Below are positions 7,778 through 16,927 of a DNA stretch of 64,000 bases, in pieces. This DNA is from a virus. The stretch lies in IMG/VR virus record IMGVR_UViG_3300027710_000027. One strand, given 5' to 3'. Each line of letters begins with the position of its first letter. The stretch's first letter is position 1. The notes under the pieces are model-generated. The model saw only the letters and a program-made list of their open reading frames with translations, searched no databases and was not told where the DNA came from. A program made the translations under genes and the position numbers.

Positions 7778-8308
7778 ATGGAAATTTGGAAAGATGTTGT
7801 TGGCTATGAAGGGCACTTTATGGTTAGTGAAAGCGGAAAAGTTAAATCATTAGACAGGAAATATAAAAGGTCAGACGGATCTATATATCCTGTAACAGGA
7901 AAAGAATTAACGCCTTTTATTAGTAATGCAGGTTATAAAAGAATTTCACTTAGAAGAAATGGTAAACCAATGAAGTATTCTGTGCACAGATTAGTAGCTG
8001 AAGCATTTTTGCCTAGAGAAGAAGGTCGTGATTTTGTGAATCACCTAGATGGGAACAAATTAAACAATCACTATTCTAATTTAGAATGGGTGTCAATGAT
8101 TGAAAACAATTGTCATAGATTTAATAAAATAAATACAACTAGTAAATACACTGGCGTTACTTGGATAAAAGCAAAACAAAAGTATGTCGCAGTTATGCAA
8201 ATTAATGGTAAGCAAAAAACAATCGGTCATTTTATTTCAGAAGAAGATGCTTATGCTGCTAGATGTAAGTATGAAAAGGATAATGGTATAATAAATAAGT
8301 ATCTGTAA
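7778..8308 (+). mobile_element. Free-standing homing endonuclease (NUMOD4 + HNH + AP2-like)
   Basis: MEIWKDVVGYEGHFMVSESGKVKS (NUMOD4); VHRLVAEAF...VNHLDGNKLNNHYSNLEW (HNH_3); SKYTGVTW...TIGHFISEEDAYAAR (AP2). Confidence 0.92.
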
Positions 8309-8349
8309 AATTCCGTATTTTTGTAAGATAACAAGCAAAGATACCACCT

Positions 8350-11300
8350 ATGTGTGCTAGAATCTCAACGTATTCTCCCGATTTAGATGTCACCGGTAAC
8401 GACCGTTGGATAGGCTCGGACTGGCAAACTCCAGATAAATTAACCAAAAACTTTACAGCCAACGCTGTAGCGGAATACTTCAATCGTGTAGGTATTATTG
8501 ATACAGGTAGTTTTAATTGGTCATACAGAATGTATGCTCCAACAGAAACGCAGCCTGCGAAGACGTTTGAGTTAGTCGACCATCCATTTGATACAGTAGA
8601 TGTAATTGGACTCGCAGGGACCATCAAGGTTTCTTTCTTAACCATGGCCAACACAGAGCCAGGTATATTCATTGAAGAAGTTTGGAACGACAAGATTATT
8701 CTTGTTAATCGACCAGGATTCCCTAGCGAATACGGACTATACAAAGTAACAGCTGTTGTTGAAGATGGCGATTATTATTTCTTAGACTTAGATTTTATTG
8801 GCGGTAACTCAGGAACTATTTCTGAAGACGAGCCGGTTACATTTGGCTTATTCACAGGCGTGAGTGGTACAAGTGGTACTACAGGTACTTCAGGTACAAG
8901 TGGTACGACAGGTACATCAGGCACTAGTGGCGTAAACGGTACAAGCGGCTCATCAGGCACCACAGGTACAAGTGGCTCATCAGGCACGGCTGGCACAAGT
9001 GGGTCATCAGGTACAACAGGTACATCAGGCTCATCAGGCACAGGTGGCACATCAGGTACTAGCGGAACGAATGGTTCAGACGGCACCTCAGGTACACGTG
9101 GTACGTCAGGTACGTCAGGTATTGATGGTATCGATGGAACAGACGGTACGTCAGGAACAACAGGTACATCAGGTAGTTCAGGTACAGATGGCACAGGAGG
9201 TACATCGGGAATAGATGGTACTAGCGGTTCAAGTGGTTCAGGAGGAACTAGCGGGTCAAGTGGAATAGATGGCACATCAGGCACAGGAGGAACTAGCGGT
9301 ACAGATGGTACTGGCGGTACTTCGGGTACAGATGGCACAGGTGGTACTAGTGGTACTTCAGGGTCTAGTGGCTCATCAGGTATTGATGGCACTTCAGGAG
9401 TAAATGGCACATCAGGTATTGATGGAACTAGTGGCTCATCAGGTAGTTCAGGTACAGACGGAACAGGCGGTACATCAGGTACTACAGGTACTAGTGGTAC
9501 TTCAGGGTCATCAGGATTGACAGGATCATCAGGCACATCAGGTACTAACGGTAGTGCAGGTACATCAGGTGCTCAAGGAATATCTAGTGGTAGAATATAT
9601 TATTTAAACTACTCACAAGCAGGTTCTATATCCCCATACAAAAATTTGAGTGAGGAGCCTACAACATTGCCAGCTCCGTCTATTGTACCTGTATCTTTAA
9701 TAGCAAATGAGCAAGATAAGTTAGTAGCTCAATTTATTACAGAAGAATTAGGATTTACTATTATCCCGGCAGGTGTTCAAAGATTCACTTTAGAATATTT
9801 AAAAGAAGACCAAAGCGATAATATATCTACATATGCTAGTGTTCAGTTTACCCAATCAAACGGAACACCTATTGGTAGCCCTGTATTAACAAATACAGCC
9901 CCATTGGCTTGGGTTAACGCAACAACTCCTACTAATGTTTTTGTAGATGTAGTTTTTGCAACTACACCTATTGACCCAACATGGAAAGTATTAGTTAGTT
10001 TATATGTAAACAATGATGACAATCAATTAAGAGCATTAGATTTTTACACAGAGAACTCTGAGTACTCTTATGTAATTACATCAATAGGATTTGAGTCAGG
10101 CACATCAGGTACATCAGGTTCAAGCGGTGTTAACGGAACTAGTGGCTCTTCAGGACTTACAGGTTCTTCAGGTACTAGTGGAGAGTCGGGTACTAGTGGA
10201 ACCTCAGGAGCTGACGGTACAAGCGGAGTAAGCGGTACATCAGGAGTTAGTGGTACGTCAGGAGTAGATGGTACAAGCGGTGTTAGTGGCAGTAGTGGAA
10301 CAAGTGGAGAAAGCGGTTCAAGCGGAAGTTCAGGAGCAAGTGGAACAAGTGGTGTATCAGGTACATCAGGCATCAACGGAACTTCAGGAGTGAACGGTAC
10401 TAGTGGAGTTAACGGTACATCAGGCACGTCAGGTGTGAATGGAACATCAGGATCATCAGGTACAACTCCAGTTGGTCAGATTACAGGTACACTTACAACT
10501 AATAAAATACCTAAGGCTACAGGAGCCAATACAATTGGAGATAGTATTATCACAGAGGCATCAGGCTCAATCACTGTATCAGGTGCTGCGATTGATAATT
10601 ATGTGGCTAGTTTCATTAACACTGACCCAGGGTCTGCAGGTATATATGTAAAAGCAGATGGCCCTGCATTTGTTTGTGAACCATTATCGTTGGTTGGAGG
10701 AATCACTTTAAATGCTAGTGGTAGTGCATCATTTAGTGGGGACATCACTGCTAATAAATTTATTAAGTCAGGTGGTACATCTTCTCAGTTCTTAATGGCT
10801 GATGGCTCTGTTAACACATCTGTTTCACCAACAGGAGCTTATTTACCATTAGCAGGAGGTACGATGACAGGTGCAATCACATTAGTAAATGGTGCAATTG
10901 GAATAAATGTAGGAGATGATGCAACAATTTCAGATAGAAATATAGCTAATACAATATTTGTTGCAGGTATTCAAAATAATGACAGAGGATATATAAATTT
11001 TTCAGAAACAACAGGTAATTCGTTAGGTGCAGTTAATGGCGGTGCATTAACGTGGAGAGGTGTTGCAATTGCGACAACGGCAAATATATCAGGAACCATT
11101 AATTATGTGCCTAAGTTCACGGGTGCAAGTACTATTGGTAATAGTCAGATATTTGACAATGCAACAAATGTAGGAATTGGTACGGCTACACCTAATGCAA
11201 AACTTGAAATATATCCTGGCACAATAACAGGTAGTGCATTACAAGAAGTTTTAAGAATAGATGTCCCTGGGAATAATATATTTTCTTCTGCTACTGGATA

Positions 11301-13308
11301 TATAAACTTTAGAGGCTACGATCTTTCAAATACTACACAAAGAGACGTTGCTTATATTGGAGCTAAATTAGTTCCTAACGGAGGATCTTCTCCTGCAATG
11401 GGAGCAAATCTTGTTTTTAGTACTTGTGCGGATGGAGCATCTCAAACTCCTATTGAACGTATGAGTATAACGAGTGGGGGAGATATAGAATTTTTAAATT
11501 CTCTTGCACTTAAATCTGTGGCTTCAAGTGGATATATTGCAATGTATGCAAATGGGGGTGGGTTGTATTGGGGAGGCATTGCAGCTACTAATCAAATGCA
11601 TTTAACATCAGCTGGTTCATTAGGGATTAACACATTAACTCCTGTTAATACTGCTTGGGGAAGTGGTACAACAACCAAACAATTATCAATTAATGCATCA
11701 GGTTATGCAGTTATAAATTTACAAGGAGGAATTCGTAATTATTCAATGGGTGCTGGAGATGGCACTTTTTATATGTGTTATGATAACACAGCAGCACGTC
11801 ACAATATTACTGTTGCTTCATCAGGTAATATAACAATAAATGGAACAACAGACGCAGGCTTCAGACTTGATGTGAATGGTACGGGGAGGTTTAGTGGCAC
11901 AGGTAGAACACTTACGGTTGTATCAACAAATGATGCTGTACCTGCTGTAATTAGAAGTAGTAATGGAGCAATTTCAACTTTATCATTTCAAGGTACAACA
12001 TCTACAAATGATTTTAATACAAGAATAGGATGTGATGTAAATGATTTAGTTGCGTTTACTGCTAATGAAATTAGATTTCGAATAGCGTCTAATGGAGCCG
12101 CTAGCTTTCAAAGTAGTATTACCGCAGGAACTAATATTACAGCAGGTGGCACATTAAATGGTCAATCTTTAAATATAACAGGAACACAAAGCACATTTAG
12201 AATTGCATCAAATTATACAGGTGGAGGAGATTTACTATCAGGAACATTATTATATATTGATAATGTTGTTAATAATAATTTAACAATAATTCCTAGTAGT
12301 GCAGGAACTAATGGAAGTACAATTGTTGCTGCGGCATTTAATGGTAGTGCTTGGCGAAGTATGTGGGAATTTGCGAATGTTAGCAGTGGCAATCCGAATT
12401 TAATATTAGTAAAAAATGGAGGTAACGTCCTAATAGGTACCACAACGGATGCGGGAAACAGATTGTACGTTTCAGGAACGGGTAGATTTGATGGTCAAGT
12501 ATTAATTTCTACAGACTCGGGAAATGAGCAGTTTATTATCAGAAGAGGTAGCAATTTTAATCAACAATTAATATTAGGATATCACTCTTCAGGATATGGT
12601 AGAATACAAGCTGTAGAACAAGCTGTAGCTTATAGACCTTTAGTATTAAATGGAGATGGAGGCAATGTGTTAATTGGCACCACAACGGATAATGGATATA
12701 AATTAAATGTTGCAGGAACAGGAATTTTTAGTTCATTCTTAAAATTTAGGTGTGGATTTTATGCATATACACAAGATGGATTATTTAGTGCTAATGCTGC
12801 ATATTCAGCCCTTAATACACCTGGAGCAGATGATAGAATAAGGTTTGGTTATTATGATTATGGTTCAGGCCAATATTGGGGAAGAATAGGTTTTGCGGCA
12901 AATGTAAACTGGTCACTAGGTAACATTGGTTCTGCTGGAAATGATTTTAGTATAGGTACAGGAGCTGCAGGACAAATACTTCTTATAACATCAGCTGGTG
13001 CAACAACATTTAGCGGCTCTGTTACAGCAACATCATTCTTTGAGTCATCAGATAAAACTATTAAGACTCTACTTGTAGATAACTATGAAGCTAGAGGAAT
13101 TGAATCTGTTACAGCTAAGTTGTACATTAAGGATGGTAAGGAAGAGCTTGGATATTTTGCACAAGATGTACAAGGGATATTACCAAGTGCAGTAAGTGTT
13201 GGAGACAAAGGTTTATTAAGTCTTTCTTATCGTGAGGTACATACAGCTAAGATTGCAAGACTAGAGAAACGTGTGGAAGAATTAGAGAAACAACTAAACT
13301 TAAACTAA
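8350..13308 (+). CDS. Giant virion fibre with Gly-X-X Ser/Thr repeats and C-terminal intramolecular chaperone (peptidase S74-like)
   Basis: 1652 aa; two SGTSG blocks; repeated GNVLIGTTTD modules; C-terminal SSDKTIK...GYFAQDV...LSY plus coiled coil; TATTTTTG promoter at 8316-8323. Confidence 0.85.
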   Translation: MCARISTYSPDLDVTGNDRWIGSDWQTPDKLTKNFTANAVAEYFNRVGIIDTGSFNWSYRMYAPTETQPAKTFELVDHPFDTVDVIGLAGTIKVSFLTMANTEPGIFIEEVWNDKIILVNRPGFPSEYGLYKVTAVVEDGDYYFLDLDFIGGNSGTISEDEPVTFGLFTGVSGTSGTTGTSGTSGTTGTSGTSGVNGTSGSSGTTGTSGSSGTAGTSGSSGTTGTSGSSGTGGTSGTSGTNGSDGTSGTRGTSGTSGIDGIDGTDGTSGTTGTSGSSGTDGTGGTSGIDGTSGSSGSGGTSGSSGIDGTSGTGGTSGTDGTGGTSGTDGTGGTSGTSGSSGSSGIDGTSGVNGTSGIDGTSGSSGSSGTDGTGGTSGTTGTSGTSGSSGLTGSSGTSGTNGSAGTSGAQGISSGRIYYLNYSQAGSISPYKNLSEEPTTLPAPSIVPVSLIANEQDKLVAQFITEELGFTIIPAGVQRFTLEYLKEDQSDNISTYASVQFTQSNGTPIGSPVLTNTAPLAWVNATTPTNVFVDVVFATTPIDPTWKVLVSLYVNNDDNQLRALDFYTENSEYSYVITSIGFESGTSGTSGSSGVNGTSGSSGLTGSSGTSGESGTSGTSGADGTSGVSGTSGVSGTSGVDGTSGVSGSSGTSGESGSSGSSGASGTSGVSGTSGINGTSGVNGTSGVNGTSGTSGVNGTSGSSGTTPVGQITGTLTTNKIPKATGANTIGDSIITEASGSITVSGAAIDNYVASFINTDPGSAGIYVKADGPAFVCEPLSLVGGITLNASGSASFSGDITANKFIKSGGTSSQFLMADGSVNTSVSPTGAYLPLAGGTMTGAITLVNGAIGINVGDDATISDRNIANTIFVAGIQNNDRGYINFSETTGNSLGAVNGGALTWRGVAIATTANISGTINYVPKFTGASTIGNSQIFDNATNVGIGTATPNAKLEIYPGTITGSALQEVLRIDVPGNNIFSSATGYINFRGYDLSNTTQRDVAYIGAKLVPNGGSSPAMGANLVFSTCADGASQTPIERMSITSGGDIEFLNSLALKSVASSGYIAMYANGGGLYWGGIAATNQMHLTSAGSLGINTLTPVNTAWGSGTTTKQLSINASGYAVINLQGGIRNYSMGAGDGTFYMCYDNTAARHNITVASSGNITINGTTDAGFRLDVNGTGRFSGTGRTLTVVSTNDAVPAVIRSSNGAISTLSFQGTTSTNDFNTRIGCDVNDLVAFTANEIRFRIASNGAASFQSSITAGTNITAGGTLNGQSLNITGTQSTFRIASNYTGGGDLLSGTLLYIDNVVNNNLTIIPSSAGTNGSTIVAAAFNGSAWRSMWEFANVSSGNPNLILVKNGGNVLIGTTTDAGNRLYVSGTGRFDGQVLISTDSGNEQFIIRRGSNFNQQLILGYHSSGYGRIQAVEQAVAYRPLVLNGDGGNVLIGTTTDNGYKLNVAGTGIFSSFLKFRCGFYAYTQDGLFSANAAYSALNTPGADDRIRFGYYDYGSGQYWGRIGFAANVNWSLGNIGSAGNDFSIGTGAAGQILLITSAGATTFSGSVTATSFFESSDKTIKTLLVDNYEARGIESVTAKLYIKDGKEELGYFAQDVQGILPSAVSVGDKGLLSLSYREVHTAKIARLEKRVEELEKQLNLN
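8857..9590 (+). repeat. Gly-X-X (Ser/Thr/Asp/Asn) coding repeat, block 1
   Basis: About 240 aa with Gly every third residue; synonymous codons vary between units. Confidence 0.9.
10096..10462 (+). repeat. Gly-X-X coding repeat, block 2
   Basis: About 120 aa SGTSGVNG-type repeat. Confidence 0.9.
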
Positions 13309-13309
13309 T

Positions 13310-13744
13310 ATGTCTTGGGCAGGTTTAGCAAGTAATCAATGTGTTAGTTGGGCAAATCTACAGAATGCTGTAGACAATAATGTGTTCATACAAATTGGTT
13401 CAATCCCTCCTCCGGGCATACCTAGCAACAGGGAGATAACAAAAACAGGTGCATTATCAGCGGTTGATATTCAAGCAGCTCCATTGGCAGGCAAGAGTAA
13501 TAATCAGTTAGTAGTAAAGAGTAATTTAGTTGCTACTCCTGCTACCTACTACCAGCTTAATAACTGCTCAGGTGGTGCTGCTGCGTGGACAAAGATTGCT
13601 CCTACATTAGGAGTAGGACAGAGATATGTATTGCCTAGTATTACTCCTGTGTTCTATACTTATAATGGGACATCGCAAACTACGCTGCCTGCAGGATACA
13701 ATGGGTCAATACAAATAGTGTCAGGACAAACAGGTTGTCCTTAA
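13310..13744 (+). CDS. Fibre-associated protein with C-terminal Cys...CP module
   Basis: C-terminal about 65 aa resembles the C-terminus of 27882..32018. Confidence 0.7.
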   Translation: MSWAGLASNQCVSWANLQNAVDNNVFIQIGSIPPPGIPSNREITKTGALSAVDIQAAPLAGKSNNQLVVKSNLVATPATYYQLNNCSGGAAAWTKIAPTLGVGQRYVLPSITPVFYTYNGTSQTTLPAGYNGSIQIVSGQTGCP

Positions 13745-13773
13745 TTTTTAGTAATTTTAAAAAAAATATATAC

Positions 13774-14133
13774 ATGAAAACAATTTCACCAGTCTCTATT
13801 TGGGACAATGGCACAGTACAACAAGCAACTATATTAAATGCTTATGCAGTTAATGTAACTTTAAACACATCTGCTACTTTTTGGTACGGGTTATTTTCTA
13901 CAACAGAAAATGGTAATGTAGGTACACAACTTGCTCAAGGTAACTTATCAATGACAGGCGAGGCTTATGCTGAATGGCAGAGTGACGTTTTTGCTTGGGA
14001 TTGGATTGCAGAGCAATTAAACCTAACCATCACAGGAGACTATATTCCTCCGGTTCCTCCTGAGCCTACTCCTGAGCCTACGCCTGAACCTATTGTAGAG
14101 GAAGTAGTTGCATCTGAAGAACCTATTGCTTAA
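13774..14133 (+). CDS. Conserved fibre-locus protein with PEPT tail
   Basis: ATG 13774 MKTISPVSIW...WIAEQLNLTITG then PPVPPEPTPEPTPEP. Confidence 0.7.
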   Translation: MKTISPVSIWDNGTVQQATILNAYAVNVTLNTSATFWYGLFSTTENGNVGTQLAQGNLSMTGEAYAEWQSDVFAWDWIAEQLNLTITGDYIPPVPPEPTPEPTPEPIVEEVVASEEPIA

Positions 14134-14155
14134 ATTTGTTAAAAATAACATAAAT

Positions 14156-14425
14156 ATGAAACTAAACTTTAATTTTAATCTAACCGATTTAGACGGTAAA
14201 GAACTAGAAGGTGCTAATTCTGGAAAGTTATTAGCTAACACACTTATTCAGCAGACCAAGGGTGATGCTGTGAAGTATTGGGAATGGGCTCTTGCTTTAA
14301 ACAAAGGTGAAGTTCTTGACCTAGATACGTCGGATCAAGAGACTCTTAAGACTTTTGTGAAAGACAGTGAGACTATTACTGTTTTAGCTAAGGCCCAATT
14401 GCTTGGCGTTTTTACTAAGAAGTAA
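14156..14425 (+). CDS. Hypothetical protein (possible fibre assembly factor)
   Basis: ATG 14156 MKLNFNFNLTDLDGK. Confidence 0.6.
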   Translation: MKLNFNFNLTDLDGKELEGANSGKLLANTLIQQTKGDAVKYWEWALALNKGEVLDLDTSDQETLKTFVKDSETITVLAKAQLLGVFTKK

Positions 14426-16417
14426 TATTACATCATCAGCAGATATACTCCTCTGGCACTCAAAATGTCGGGGAGTATTTTTAAAGATGGGGCACCAGTC
14501 CCAATCCCCCGCATCGAATTTAAAGTTAGGGTTGTTCCAACAACTGTTGCATACTGACTTGTTAGTCACACGTATACACTCAAACTCGTGGCCATCTGCA
14601 GCGAAGTTATTAATCATAACTACTTCTTTCCCTAATGCATTTGCTAACCATGAGACTCCGCTGCCTAAGCCTAGGTAAAATTGACTATGGTGAATAATAG
14701 CCATTGTCTTTTGGATGTCATAATTAATAATCTGCTCACAGTTATCAAAAGGATTAGGCTCAAGTGATACATTAATTACTTTGTAGCCTTTTCCGTGCAA
14801 ATAGTTTATCACTCCTTGCCATCCCTCTTTTGTCCAAAACTTACACCCAGCTGTAGAATTAGTAGCTATCGTAATATATTTACCATAGTTATTATTACCT
14901 GGCTCATACTTTAATTTAGGCATAATCTCTTTAAACTCAAGTCCTAATATCTTAGTAGCTGCCTCTTGTAATTTAATTGTGTTAGGTAGTTCAGGCTCTT
15001 TGTTTGTGTCGTAGAACCAGCCAATGTTATATTGAGCATACACGTTAGGCACCACTGTTCCAGGTTTTACTAACTCTATTTCAGGAATGTCAAGTATTTT
15101 GTTCAAAAAAGTTGACATAATTACTTTACACTTATGCTTCTTTTGGAATTCTAAAGCGTATGGAGCCCAAGCAATTGTGTCGCCTAATGACTTACTAGAT
15201 ATAGCGATGTACACACGCTTGCCTTCTAGGTCGAGTACGTTATCGTGAATTAGTTTACCATCCATATAGACTTTACTATGCCACTTAGTATAGTATTGTC
15301 TATTTAGTTTTACCCAACTATTTGATCCGATAGTATTCTCGTAGACTAACTTGTCGCCATCAAAGTATTGTACCTTAAAGTCGGCTTTCAGTCCTGATTT
15401 AATTTCTAGGTATGGTTGACCAACAAAGTGTTGGATGATGGTTACATCTTGTTCTTGTTTGTCTAGTGTCATTACTTTATTATAGAATGCCATTTGTTTA
15501 TCCCAGAATTTCCAAGATGTATTATCTGTAGGTATAGTGTAATTACATTTAATAGTATTTAAGTCAGTATCTATGGGTTGAATATACTTATTAAACATTG
15601 AGCCATATTGTGGCAGGTTGTGAGCTATAATTGGCTTACCAAAAGATATTGCCTCACGTAATACCAAAGGGTTACACTCCCAAGTAGAGTTGAACATAAA
15701 TATATCTGCCCATCTCATATAATTTTCTACATCTCTTCTTTCTCCCCATATTTTCACATTGGCTGGCAAATCCTTCATTAATGGCTCCCAGTAATGCTTG
15801 AAATTTATAGCTTGGTTTCCAACAAAGTGAAAGTTCATATGTGGATACTTCTTAGCTATTTCAAGACCCTCAGCTTGGTTTTTACCAGGAGTCCATAATC
15901 CCACATTGACTACGTTTATTTCTCTTGTGTCAAAAGGATTTAGATACAGGTCATTTCTTTTATCATCTATTGGAAACTCAATCACCTCTTTGTAAGATGG
16001 CGATGAAGCGAATGTCTCTAAGTGATATGGTGTGCAGAAGTAATACGCATCAGGATTAAATATCTTTTCTTTGTCATGGTTAAATGACACGTCGTGACAC
16101 GTCTCCACAATTCTGTACCTTCGGTCTTCACGATATAATTCAGATATCATATCACGATTAAAGCGTTCAGCTGGCTCGTGAATGTGAACAATGTCAGGGT
16201 TGAACTTAGCTATGATATTAAATAATTCCATCTTGTCCTCGTGCAAAGTATGAAAAGGAACAAGACTTTTAATGGCATTACGTTGTACGACATAATCTAG
16301 GCTATGGCATTGATACTCTACCACCTCTATATCTAAATTACTGCAGATAATACTTTGTAAAACAAATGCAGGCATCCCGCCAGTTGAACAGTGAGGAATT
16401 AAGTATAGTAGCTTCAT
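14384..16417 (-). CDS. Two-domain glycosyltransferase: GT-B (GT4-like) fused to a TibC/Aah-type O-heptosyltransferase-like domain
   Basis: N-terminal HCSTGGMP...ADIFMFNSTWECNPLVLREA; C-terminal KRVYIAISSKSLGDTIAWAPY and C-x2-C-x15-C-x11-C (CNSCW...WCP...FEC). Confidence 0.85.
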   Translation of the reverse strand: MKLLYLIPHCSTGGMPAFVLQSIICSNLDIEVVEYQCHSLDYVVQRNAIKSLVPFHTLHEDKMELFNIIAKFNPDIVHIHEPAERFNRDMISELYREDRRYRIVETCHDVSFNHDKEKIFNPDAYYFCTPYHLETFASSPSYKEVIEFPIDDKRNDLYLNPFDTREINVVNVGLWTPGKNQAEGLEIAKKYPHMNFHFVGNQAINFKHYWEPLMKDLPANVKIWGERRDVENYMRWADIFMFNSTWECNPLVLREAISFGKPIIAHNLPQYGSMFNKYIQPIDTDLNTIKCNYTIPTDNTSWKFWDKQMAFYNKVMTLDKQEQDVTIIQHFVGQPYLEIKSGLKADFKVQYFDGDKLVYENTIGSNSWVKLNRQYYTKWHSKVYMDGKLIHDNVLDLEGKRVYIAISSKSLGDTIAWAPYALEFQKKHKCKVIMSTFLNKILDIPEIELVKPGTVVPNVYAQYNIGWFYDTNKEPELPNTIKLQEAATKILGLEFKEIMPKLKYEPGNNNYGKYITIATNSTAGCKFWTKEGWQGVINYLHGKGYKVINVSLEPNPFDNCEQIINYDIQKTMAIIHHSQFYLGLGSGVSWLANALGKEVVMINNFAADGHEFECIRVTNKSVCNSCWNNPNFKFDAGDWDWCPIFKNTPRHFECQRSISADDVILLLSKNAKQLGLS

Positions 16418-16466
16418 ATGCTAAAATTAAAATATAATTAGTACTTTTACAAAAAAATATAATACA

Positions 16467-16721
16467 ATGGATAAATTAACACAAGACGAGTTGGACCGTT
16501 TCAGAGCGGCTCACACAGAAATCAGAAATCTTCGCAATGCTTTGGCAGACGCTGAGATTCAAATCCACAACACCAAGTTAGAGAAGCAATCTGTTTTAGC
16601 TCAATTAGATGTAGCTGGTGCAACGCACGTTAGCATTCAGCAAGAACTACACGCTAAGTACGGAGATATCACGATTGACTTTGCTACTGGAGAAATCAAG
16701 AATAAAGATGGTAATTCGTAA
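16467..16721 (+). CDS. Coiled-coil hypothetical protein
   Basis: Heptad pattern, ends KYGDITIDFATGEIK. Confidence 0.65.
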   Translation: MDKLTQDELDRFRAAHTEIRNLRNALADAEIQIHNTKLEKQSVLAQLDVAGATHVSIQQELHAKYGDITIDFATGEIKNKDGNS

Positions 16722-16926
16722 GATATCAGTTGGTGCAGATTATAAGAATGCAATGAATTATATGCATAATCAATCTGTGCTACAAGGAAACTATAAGATA
16801 CATTTGATTCGTCAGACCGATGCAGGAGATATTGAAATCTACATCGAGGCTAATGATGAGGTGGTCTTATGGAAAAAGATTAATGGCAACATGCCATTCT
16901 TAATTGAATATAATATAGATTTCTAA
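16708..16926 (+). CDS. Conserved hypothetical protein
   Basis: ATG 16708 MVIRKISVGADYKNAM...IEYNIDF. Confidence 0.65.
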   Translation: MVIRKISVGADYKNAMNYMHNQSVLQGNYKIHLIRQTDAGDIEIYIEANDEVVLWKKINGNMPFLIEYNIDF

Positions 16927-16927
16927 T

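Noticed and set aside
8775-10427. Long minus-strand Pro/Val/Asp/Glu ORFs (8775..9536, 10068..10427) and the +1 Gln/Val/His ORFs
   Set aside because: Shadow frames of the Gly-Ser-Thr repeat; stop-free because of codon composition
8857-10462. Repeat blocks as a CRISPR array or DGR
   Set aside because: In-frame coding 9-nt periodicity with no spacers; no cas gene or reverse transcriptase in the window
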